From: Tannerellaceae bacterium
GTDB taxonomy: Bacteria > Bacteroidota > Bacteroidia > Bacteroidales > Tannerellaceae
DNA: 64,000 bases
Assembly (NCBI GenBank): GCA_031555735.1
Contig: JAVBUE010000004.1
Coordinates: forward strand, 1,790 to 65,789
Direction of reading: 5' to 3'
The notes beneath the pieces were generated by a model. It did no database searches. It worked only from the letters and a program-made list of their open reading frames with translations, and was not told the origin of the DNA. How positions within the stretch are numbered: position 1 is the stretch's first letter; every line of letters begins with the position of its first letter. Below, one piece after another: positions 1-6,417 of the stretch. The translations under genes and the position numbers were made by a program.

Positions 1-1641
1 ATAATCCATTGTATATGCCTTTGTCTTATAGTCTTCGAAACGAGCATAACCAACAGTCTTATCCTTTGCATCAACCGCCATTGCTGTAATTTCAAGTGTA
101 TCACCATATACTGTAGCAAATGAATCGGCAGCAATATAATACAGACCCGAATATTTAACATCAGCATTTTCACGGTTTTTCAACGTGGTTTCACCATCAA
201 ATACAAACTGAGTAGCTGGGACATGAGCATATGATTTATTAGACATAGCCGCTTTATTCGCTAAATTTACAATAGCGATGTTAGCTTCGTCCACATCGGC
301 ATAAAGAGTAGGAAGAGTAGTTTGACTCAGAACTTTCACTTGATATACCTTATTAATAGCCAATTTGCCTTCAGGAATTGTACCGCCCTTCAGAACAATT
401 CTTGTCTGTTTGTTCGGTTCTGCTGCTGCAGCACCTGTAGTAAGGATATATCCGTCTTCCTTATCCATAGCATTTAACTGATTCACCTGCATTGGGAAAG
501 TCCCAGCAACAGCAGCAAAAGGAGCAGTAGTTTGATAGCTATTATAAACCTTTACAATTACAGAATCATACGGATTGGAAAAACTCGGATCAATCGTGAA
601 AGTATAATACGATTTAGTAAGCTTAGGAGTAGTAACAGCAATTGTATCAACATCGAATGTCATACCGCTACCATCAGTAAGAGCAACTGAAGGGTTGTAC
701 GGAATGGTATCCACAACAGCATAAAAATGTTGTAATACGTTATTGCCGTTCTTAACCGGATTCCGAAGATCTTTCACGTAGATCTGAGTGTCAGCATCAC
801 CTGTAGCAGGAGTTTTAGGTTCAGCAAGGAAAGTTTTACCCATCAAAGGAATATTGTGGTCTGTCAACACACCATTAAAGAATGCAGACATAATGAAACC
901 ATTACCACCCTGAAGGCTGTTCAATTCTTTAACTGTCATGTTGCGCATAGCCGGTTTAAGGAAAGTGAAATTTATCACACCGTCTGTAGCTGTACCAACA
1001 GGAGTATTTAAATGACTCTGTGCTAACATTGAAGGATCACCTGTTGTATTGAGATTTTTAGTTTTCACGAAACCTACAGGACGTACTCCTTGAGAATCTG
1101 CAGTCTGATTCACAACTCTCAACTGCAAAGTAGAGTCTTGAGCGCTATTGAAATAATAGAAAGGTAATGCACCCACATAGGTTGCTGATTTAGGATTCAC
1201 ATTACCAACAAGATCGTTAGAACCGCCCAAAGTAGCTTTGACGCTATATCTGCTGTTGCCAGACTGTGTTACACCTGCCGTATTAAATGAAAGCTGCTGA
1301 CCACTAACTTTATTCTTAATTGTGTACACATACTTCCCAGTTGCAGCATTTTGCACATAGGCAACAGACCACAGAGCAGAGTCACCTGCAGCTTTAAGGT
1401 AAGTGTAAACACCATCTACACCTTCTTCAACCTCATAAATAACCAAACTGTCGGTCTTTTGCTTAATCGACAAATACCCAGAGTAATTCGCATCCAACTC
1501 TGACGTTTTCAGATAATAATAATTTCCACTCACAATAGGGAATGTATTCGTACTGTCAAACAGCGACTGTGACTGCGCACTAGCCCCAAACGACACGAAC
1601 AACCCCAGAAGAGCCACTAAAGTAAAAAACTTTTTGTTCAT
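1..1641 (-). CDS. secreted protein of unknown function (N-terminal signal peptide); C-terminus lies beyond the window start
   Basis: Absent from the ORF track because it runs off the edge. Reverse complement of 1561-1641 reads ATG AAC AAA AAG TTT TTT ACT TTA GTG ... = MNKKFFTLVALLGLFVSFGASAQSQSL (Sec signal, ASA|Q). I checked every + strand triplet starting at 1,4,7...1639 and found no TTA/CTA/TCA, so the minus frame is open for all 547 codons. Ser/Thr/Asn/Gly-rich; no family recognised. Confidence 0.75.
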   Translation of the reverse strand, partial: MNKKFFTLVALLGLFVSFGASAQSQSLFDSTNTFPIVSGNYYYLKTSELDANYSGYLSIKQKTDSLVIYEVEEGVDGVYTYLKAAGDSALWSVAYVQNAATGKYVYTIKNKVSGQQLSFNTAGVTQSGNSRYSVKATLGGSNDLVGNVNPKSATYVGALPFYYFNSAQDSTLQLRVVNQTADSQGVRPVGFVKTKNLNTTGDPSMLAQSHLNTPVGTATDGVINFTFLKPAMRNMTVKELNSLQGGNGFIMSAFFNGVLTDHNIPLMGKTFLAEPKTPATGDADTQIYVKDLRNPVKNGNNVLQHFYAVVDTIPYNPSVALTDGSGMTFDVDTIAVTTPKLTKSYYTFTIDPSFSNPYDSVIVKVYNSYQTTAPFAAVAGTFPMQVNQLNAMDKEDGYILTTGAAAAEPNKQTRIVLKGGTIPEGKLAINKVYQVKVLSQTTLPTLYADVDEANIAIVNLANKAAMSNKSYAHVPATQFVFDGETTLKNRENADVKYSGLYYIAADSFATVYGDTLEITAMAVDAKDKTVGYARFEDYKTKAYTMDY

Positions 1642-1749
1642 AATTTAATAAATTAATATTAGTACTAAGTATATAAAATTTCTCTTGTTTTACGCTACCA
1701 TCGGCGCTTTTACCCACACGGATACAGCAAGCCCACGATATCTATGTGG

Positions 1750-1757
1750 CAAAAGTA
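1750..1757 (-). promoter_or_regulatory. candidate Bacteroidota -7 box (TActTTTG on minus strand) for the secreted-protein gene
   Basis: + strand CAAAAGTA = minus TACTTTTG, about 110 nt upstream of the ATG at 1641. The 6-fixed-base motif is expected about 30 times by chance in 64 kb x 2 strands, so position is the only support. Confidence 0.3.
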
Positions 1758-1840
1758 AGGAATACTTTGATACACACAATGCTTTTTACGTATTTTTTCA
1801 CCCATTTTCATGTTTTCTTATCCATTTTAGGGGTATTTAA

Positions 1841-1875
1841 GGACAAAAGGGGCGGTTTTCGCAACAAAACGCCCA
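1841..1875 (-). terminator. intrinsic terminator on the minus strand with no ORF upstream of it
   Basis: Minus strand reads GGGCGTTTTgttgcgAAAACCGCCCC followed by TTTTGTCC. The stem is 9 bp (1850-1859 with 1866-1874, one bulged G), the loop 6 nt, then a 4-U tract. The + strand version has no T-run. Confidence 0.45.
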
Positions 1876-1981
1876 TTCTCCCTTATCAACCCAACGAAAC
1901 GAAGAAGGTATTACGCTGTAATTGAACACTTTCAACCATTCATCAGAAGAAACAGTTTATACTCCCTTCCGGTTTCCGCCA

Positions 1982-2013
1982 CAAAGATAGCACCCACCCG
2001 GTAAACAGCCAAA
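1982..2013 (-). promoter_or_regulatory. full Bacteroidota-type promoter TTTG-N20-TAtcTTTG (minus strand) with no ORF downstream before the 1841-1875 terminator
   Basis: + strand CAAAGATA at 1982-1989 and again at 2010-2017. On the minus strand the TTTG of the upstream copy (2013-2010) lies exactly 20 nt before the TA of the downstream TATCTTTG, matching the -33 TTTG / -7 TAnnTTTG consensus spacing (19-21). Confidence 0.45.
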
Positions 2014-2028
2014 GATATAGATAAAAAA

Positions 2029-2048
2029 TAATGTACGCGCGTACATTA
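2029..2048. repeat. 20-bp perfect palindrome TAATGTACGCGCGTACATTA
   Basis: Read directly from the sequence and self-complementary over all 20 nt. It lies 15 nt upstream (minus-strand sense) of the -33 TTTG of the 1982-2013 promoter. Confidence 0.9.
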
Positions 2049-2067
2049 ATACATATAAACGAAAAGA

Positions 2068-2226
2068 GTCACATCTGCCACGCGCTTCCATCCGGTGGAA
2101 CAAAAGTTTCATCCTGATGGGACAAAAAGTTTCATTGGGTAGAACAAACAGTTCCAATAGGTGGGAAAAACAGTTCCATTAGGTAGATCTTTTTGTTTCA
2201 ATAGGTGGAAACCCGGAGAATCGCTG
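2068..2226 (+). repeat. composite intergenic repeat, copy 1: GTCACATCTGCCACGCG module plus six ~22-bp phased GTTYCA-N4-5-GGTRG(G)AA units
   Basis: Units at 2085-2212: cttccatccggtggaac / aaaagtttcatcctgatgggac / aaaaagtttcattgggtagaac / aaacagttccaataggtgggaa / aaacagttccattaggtagatc / tttttgtttcaataggtggaaac. 2103-2178 is identical to 62294-62369 (76/76 by eye). Confidence 0.9.
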
Positions 2227-2374
2227 CGTCGCCGGATTTGCAGTTCCGCTCAGTCGTGCATATACGGCTCAATCGGGTTTTGACATGGATCCTGAACTTG
2301 GCAATACACGGAGAAACACACGTAATGCCGTTATGACAAAAGGCACAAATAAACAACGAAAAAAATCCACTTAT

Positions 2375-2406
2375 TTTGTGGAATACATAGATTTATAGTA
2401 CATTTG
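2375..2406 (+). promoter_or_regulatory. higBA promoter: TTTG (2375-2378) -N20- TAcaTTTG (2399-2406), overlapped by the inverted repeat TCCAC-N7-GTGGA (2366-2382)
   Basis: Consensus -33/-7 elements lie 21 nt upstream of the higB ATG (2427). The small inverted repeat around the -33 element is a plausible HigA operator; that part is inference only. Confidence 0.5.
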
Positions 2407-2426
2407 CAACAGGAAACAGAACCAAC

Positions 2427-2744
2427 ATGGAAATATCATTTGAAAAGGAATACTTGCGAGAGCTATATGAGACTGGGAAAACAACGGACAAGAAACACCG
2501 TTTTCAGCCCAAAGTGACATCAAAGTACCGGAAAACTATTGACATACTCGAATCGGTAGCCCGAATCGAAGATCTGTACAGGTTTAACTCATTACATTTT
2601 GAAGCACTACAAGGCGACAAAAAAGGCATTTTATCGGTACGAGTAAATGACAAATATCGGATTGAGTTTACAGCAAAGCAAGTCATTTCAGAGATTGTTA
2701 TTACCATTTGCAACATTATAGATCTGTCAAATCACTATAAATAA
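2427..2744 (+). CDS. higB: HigB-like RelE/ParE-superfamily toxin (plasmid maintenance system killer type)
   Basis: 105 aa. MEISFEKEYLRELYETGKT...KYRKTIDILESV...LHFEALQGDKKGILSVRVNDKYRIEF resembles HigB/killer-protein family members. The toxin-first order and 7-nt gap to an XRE antitoxin are typical of HigBA. Confidence 0.8.
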   Translation: MEISFEKEYLRELYETGKTTDKKHRFQPKVTSKYRKTIDILESVARIEDLYRFNSLHFEALQGDKKGILSVRVNDKYRIEFTAKQVISEIVITICNIIDLSNHYK

Positions 2745-2751
2745 AGGCATT

Positions 2752-3063
2752 ATGGGAGCAATAAAATACGGGTTCACCCCCACACACCCCGGTGAAGTAC
2801 TCAAGGATGAGTTGGAATACCGCAAGTTGTCGCAAAGCCAGTTGGCTAAGCAAATGGGAATGTCGTATAAGGTGCTGAATGACATCCTGAATGAGCGCCG
2901 ACCGTTGACCACTACTACCGCCATGCTTTTTGAAGCCGCCACCGGGATTCCGGCAGAGGCTTTGATGCGGTTGCAGTTGAAATACAATATGCAGGTGGCA
3001 AGCCAGGATAAAACGTTAGCCGCTCGTCTCGCCGAAATCCGCAGGATGACGGCTATGCTTTGA
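2752..3063 (+). CDS. higA: HigA-type antitoxin (XRE helix-turn-helix)
   Basis: 103 aa. HPGEVLKDELEYRKLSQSQLAKQMGMSYKVLNDILNERRPLTTTTAMLFEAATGIPAEALMRLQ is the HigA/VapI HTH signature. Confidence 0.85.
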   Translation: MGAIKYGFTPTHPGEVLKDELEYRKLSQSQLAKQMGMSYKVLNDILNERRPLTTTTAMLFEAATGIPAEALMRLQLKYNMQVASQDKTLAARLAEIRRMTAML

Positions 3064-3291
3064 TGCGGGTTAATGAATTGCGATTTAGTGTATTTCGCAG
3101 GGGTATCCATATCCTCTATATCGAATAAAATGCGGAAAAAGTCTTTTTTGGTCAGCCCCAAATTACGTAAGGCATTCAGTATGATAAATTCCGGAACCGG
3201 ATTTTCATGTGTTTGTACGATACCGGCATCAGAAAGATATTTTGCTATTTAATTAGTGCGGCATTTGTGAACATATCTGTTGACAATTCAG

Positions 3292-3299
3292 TACTTTTG
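3292..3299 (+). promoter_or_regulatory. -7 box TActTTTG ending 4 nt before the ATG at 3304 (implies a leaderless or near-leaderless mRNA)
   Basis: Exact TAnnTTTG match. No well-spaced -33 TTTG; the nearest is at 3264-3267, spacing 24. Confidence 0.35.
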
Positions 3300-3303
3300 C
3301 AGG

Positions 3304-3858
3304 ATGAATAGTGTTGGGCAATATATCGATTCACTCATCAAAGATGGCGGGCGCAAGCAATCTGACGTTGCGAGAGGTATTGGCGTACAGCGCCAGTTGC
3401 TCAGTTATGTCATTGCCGGACGACGCGAATTGTCCATGTCGTTGGCTCTGAAATTGGAATCGTTTTTCAACTTACCCGAAGGAATACTTCTCAAAATGCA
3501 GGCTGAAAACAGCATTCGTTCCTATAAACAACAACTTAAAAATGAATTGGCAAAGCAGTTGCTCAAAGCCAACGCATTCTGGTCTTACGCGAATGTATCA
3601 GCAGCGGAAATTCCCGCAGAGGAGATGATTGAAAAAACGTTTATATATCTTGATCTTAAGGATATCGCTAAACTATTTGAGCTTTATCCAAGGGACTATA
3701 TCCGAAAAATCTGGCGGAAGAAAATGGCTATTCAAGGTGATTATCTTTTCAACCTCAATGTGATGATCGCCCTTTACTATTTCGATATCAAGCAACCCGA
3801 AAGATACCTCAAACGTGTTGAACGTGAACATCTCAAACACCTATTGGAAAATGCGTAA
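3304..3858 (+). CDS. XRE-family HTH protein with an uncharacterised ~115-aa C-terminal domain; putative antitoxin partner of the downstream AbiEii-like gene
   Basis: The track start at 3280 is TTG; the first ATG is 3304 (MNSVGQYIDS...). The HTH is QSDVARGIGVQRQLLSYVIAGRRELSMSLALKLESFF. Its stop overlaps the next ATG (ATGCGTAA, 3851-3858). Confidence 0.7.
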   Translation: MNSVGQYIDSLIKDGGRKQSDVARGIGVQRQLLSYVIAGRRELSMSLALKLESFFNLPEGILLKMQAENSIRSYKQQLKNELAKQLLKANAFWSYANVSAAEIPAEEMIEKTFIYLDLKDIAKLFELYPRDYIRKIWRKKMAIQGDYLFNLNVMIALYYFDIKQPERYLKRVEREHLKHLLENA

Positions 3859-4507
3859 AGGTTTAACAGAAAGAATAGACATCATCATTGAGAAAGTGGC
3901 AACCATGGAAAGCATAAAGCCCTATATCTTAAGAGGCGGAATTGCGCTTGCCATGCAGATCGGACATCGCAAAAGTGAGGATTTGGATTTTATGATGTGG
4001 CGCAAGTCAAAAACAGAAAAGCCAGAGGTTGAATGGACTGTCATCGAGAAAGAGCTTAAAGAGAAAATCGGTGTGGTGGAGCATTTCAATATGCTTGGCT
4101 TCGACCAGGTGGAGTTTGTCGTGAAGGGGGTTAAATTCTCCTTCTACGTAAGCAATAATTATTGTCCTGTATCAGAGCCTGTTGCGTATATCGGGAATAT
4201 CCGTCTGGCGGATATTTACTCTATTCTGGCTATGAAGATGGAGGTGATGCTTCGTAGAATGAAAATGAGAGACTACTACGATATTTATGCGATTCTGAAA
4301 GAAGGATATGATATTTCAAAAGGAATTGATTCTGCGTTAAAGTACTCCCGTCACAAATTAAGCACCAAAAACGTCGTGATGATGCTATTGTCAGACAGAT
4401 TTATGTCGGATGAAAATTTTAAACAACTCGATCCAAAATACGAGGTATCGATAGAGGAGATGCGTACATACATTCTTCAAGAACTGAAAAACGCATCATT
4501 GGCATGA
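3851..4507 (+). CDS. AbiEii/AbiGii-family (DUF1814) nucleotidyltransferase toxin-like protein
   Basis: LRGGIALAMQIGHRKSEDLDF (the GG-x-AL...HR-x-S-x-DLDF NTase motif) and RDYYDIYAIL are hallmarks of the family. I chose the ATG at 3851 because it overlaps the upstream stop; the track start is 3815. Confidence 0.75.
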   Translation: MRKGLTERIDIIIEKVATMESIKPYILRGGIALAMQIGHRKSEDLDFMMWRKSKTEKPEVEWTVIEKELKEKIGVVEHFNMLGFDQVEFVVKGVKFSFYVSNNYCPVSEPVAYIGNIRLADIYSILAMKMEVMLRRMKMRDYYDIYAILKEGYDISKGIDSALKYSRHKLSTKNVVMMLLSDRFMSDENFKQLDPKYEVSIEEMRTYILQELKNASLA

Positions 4508-4537
4508 TTTTACAAATTAATCTTTCCACGCCCACCA

Positions 4538-5374
4538 TCACCCCTCTGCCCTGTGCAGTGTAAGCTGCGGGAAGGGGAAGGAGATGCCTTCGGCGTTGAA
4601 GGTGTTGTAGATGAGGTTGTTGGTTTCGAAATAGACGTCCCAGTAATCGGCGGCGTTCACCCAGACGCGGATCACGACGTTTACGCTACTGGCCGCCAGG
4701 GCATGCAGTTGGAAATAAGGGGCGGGATCGGGCAGGATACGGGCATCTTTAGACAGGATACCCTCCACGATCCGGCGGACATGGGCGATATCGGTACCAT
4801 AATCCACTCCGACAATCCACTCGATGCGGCGTGTTTTCACATTATAATTGGTTACGGCGTTACTGCTCATCGAGCCGTTCGGTGCAAAAACAAGCTTGCC
4901 GTCAACGGTGGTGAGCACCGTATGGAAAATCTGAATCTCTTTCACCGTTCCAGAGGCCGTGGTTGATTCGATATAATCGCCTACCCGGTACGGTTTGAAC
5001 AGGAGGACGATCAGTCCCCCGGCAAAGTTCGACAGGTTGCCGCTCAGCGCCATACCGACAGCCAGACCCGCCGAAGCCAGCAAGGCGGCAAACGAAGTGG
5101 TTTCCACACCCAACGCCCCCACGATGGCAATGATCAGCAATACCGTCAGCGTAATATTCACCAGGCTGGCGGTGAAGGTACGGACAGAAGGCTCTACCTG
5201 CCGCTTATACATGATCTTCTTCACCAGCTTGTTCAACATGCTGATCAGGAATCGTCCGACGACAAAGATCAGTAATGCTTTGAGGACACTGAATCCTAAC
5301 GAGGTTCCCATCTCGACCAGCTTTTCCAGCATGGCCTGTACCTTGGTGAGTTGTTCTGCCTGAAGTTCTACCAT
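4538..5374 (-). CDS. small-conductance mechanosensitive channel (MscS family)
   Basis: 278 aa. N-terminal TM helices, pore-helix-like ALLASAGLAVGMALSGNLSNFAGGLIVLLFKPYRVGDYIE, then the beta domain GTVKEIQIFHTVLTTVDGKLVFAPN. Confidence 0.9.
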   Translation of the reverse strand: MVELQAEQLTKVQAMLEKLVEMGTSLGFSVLKALLIFVVGRFLISMLNKLVKKIMYKRQVEPSVRTFTASLVNITLTVLLIIAIVGALGVETTSFAALLASAGLAVGMALSGNLSNFAGGLIVLLFKPYRVGDYIESTTASGTVKEIQIFHTVLTTVDGKLVFAPNGSMSSNAVTNYNVKTRRIEWIVGVDYGTDIAHVRRIVEGILSKDARILPDPAPYFQLHALAASSVNVVIRVWVNAADYWDVYFETNNLIYNTFNAEGISFPFPQLTLHRAEG

Positions 5375-5402
5375 AGTTATACTATTCTGTTATAATCCGT
5401 AG

Positions 5403-5410
5403 CAAAAGTA
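5403..5410 (-). promoter_or_regulatory. -7 box TActTTTG (minus) for the MscS gene
   Basis: + strand CAAAAGTA, 29 nt upstream of the ATG at 5374. Confidence 0.45.
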
Positions 5411-5450
5411 TAAAATTATTGTAATACGGAAGCTGAAATTGTTTTTTACG

Positions 5451-5458
5451 TAGCTTTG
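5451..5458 (+). promoter_or_regulatory. -7 box TAgcTTTG for the TPR gene
   Basis: 22 nt upstream of the ATG at 5480, divergent from the MscS promoter. Confidence 0.45.
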
Positions 5459-5479
5459 CCGGATAAAGAAAAAACTCGG

Positions 5480-6325
5480 ATGCGTATTAAACATAATAGA
5501 CTCAAAATACAGGCGATATTTGCGCTGCTGCTGGCTTGTAGCCTGAATATGGCGGCACAGACGTACGCCGAATGGGTGGAAAAGAGCTATGACTTCCTGG
5601 AAAAGAACGACTTGGCTATGGCTGAGTCCTGTCTTACAACTGCTATGAGACAGGAGCCGGGCAACCCTGCCAACTATGCGTTGCTGTGTAACCTCGGTAC
5701 GATCCAGCGCCGGCAGGGAAAATTCCGGGAGGCGATAGACGCATACACGATCGCACTCAGCCGGCAGCCTTCCGACGAAACATTGCTCGAAAACCGCGCC
5801 TCCCTCTATGCCCAACTTGGTGAAGTAGAGAAAGCGCTGGCCGATTATACCATCCTCCTTATCAACCAACCCGAAAACCAGGACGCGCTCTATTGCCGGG
5901 GACTGCTTCACCTGCAACAGCGCGACTACATCAACGCCGAAACCGATTTTGAGAAGATACTCGAGATCAACAATAATTCCTTCCAGGGACAACTGGGTCA
6001 TGCCATCCTGGAGAAGATGCGAGGCAATTACGCCGACAGCGAACAACTGTACAACTACCTCATCGGCCGCATGCCCAAAGAGTGGTCGCTATACGAAGGA
6101 CGTGCCGAACTGTACTTCCTGATGGGGAAGAACGCACGCGCCATGGCCGACATCAACAAACTGTTTGTCGAATCCACCCCGACGGCCGGCCTTTATGTGC
6201 TCCGCGGCAAAGTAAAACTGGCCCAGTACGAGAAGAAACCGGCGATTGAAGATTTCCAGATCGCGTTAGATATGGGGTACGACCCCGCCATCATCGGTGA
6301 ACTGATGAAATTGGCTAACAATTAA
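5480..6325 (+). CDS. secreted tetratricopeptide-repeat protein
   Basis: The track start at 5456 is TTG. The ATG at 5480 gives MRIKHNRLKIQAIFALLLACSLNMAAQ (signal peptide), followed by repeated A-x-x-Y/L-x-x-A-L/I TPR units. Confidence 0.8.
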   Translation: MRIKHNRLKIQAIFALLLACSLNMAAQTYAEWVEKSYDFLEKNDLAMAESCLTTAMRQEPGNPANYALLCNLGTIQRRQGKFREAIDAYTIALSRQPSDETLLENRASLYAQLGEVEKALADYTILLINQPENQDALYCRGLLHLQQRDYINAETDFEKILEINNNSFQGQLGHAILEKMRGNYADSEQLYNYLIGRMPKEWSLYEGRAELYFLMGKNARAMADINKLFVESTPTAGLYVLRGKVKLAQYEKKPAIEDFQIALDMGYDPAIIGELMKLANN

Positions 6326-6348
6326 CACTTTAATTACTTTTTTTTCCC

Positions 6349-6356
6349 TATGTTTG
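6349..6356 (+). promoter_or_regulatory. -7 box TAtgTTTG upstream of the histidine kinase gene
   Basis: Exact motif 62 nt upstream of the ATG at 6418. Confidence 0.35.
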
Positions 6357-6417
6357 CATCCGCATTTAACCGTGCTTGAAGCCATATTTTTAAATTTCAC
6401 AAAAAACAATTCGTGCA

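Noticed and set aside
1957-2157. 66-aa minus-strand ORF crossing the 22-bp array and the palindrome
   Set aside because: It is made largely of translated repeat units and AT-rich spacer. It has no promoter in front of it, since the minus-strand promoter lies inside it. The homologous repeat copy at 62.3 kb does not preserve the frame. I treat it as a shadow ORF.
2085-2212. CRISPR array interpretation of the 22-bp repeats (also at 21390-21477, 42375-42462 and 62271-62403)
   Set aside because: The units are contiguous with no unique spacers between them, they are only 21-23 bp, and no cas genes occur in the window.
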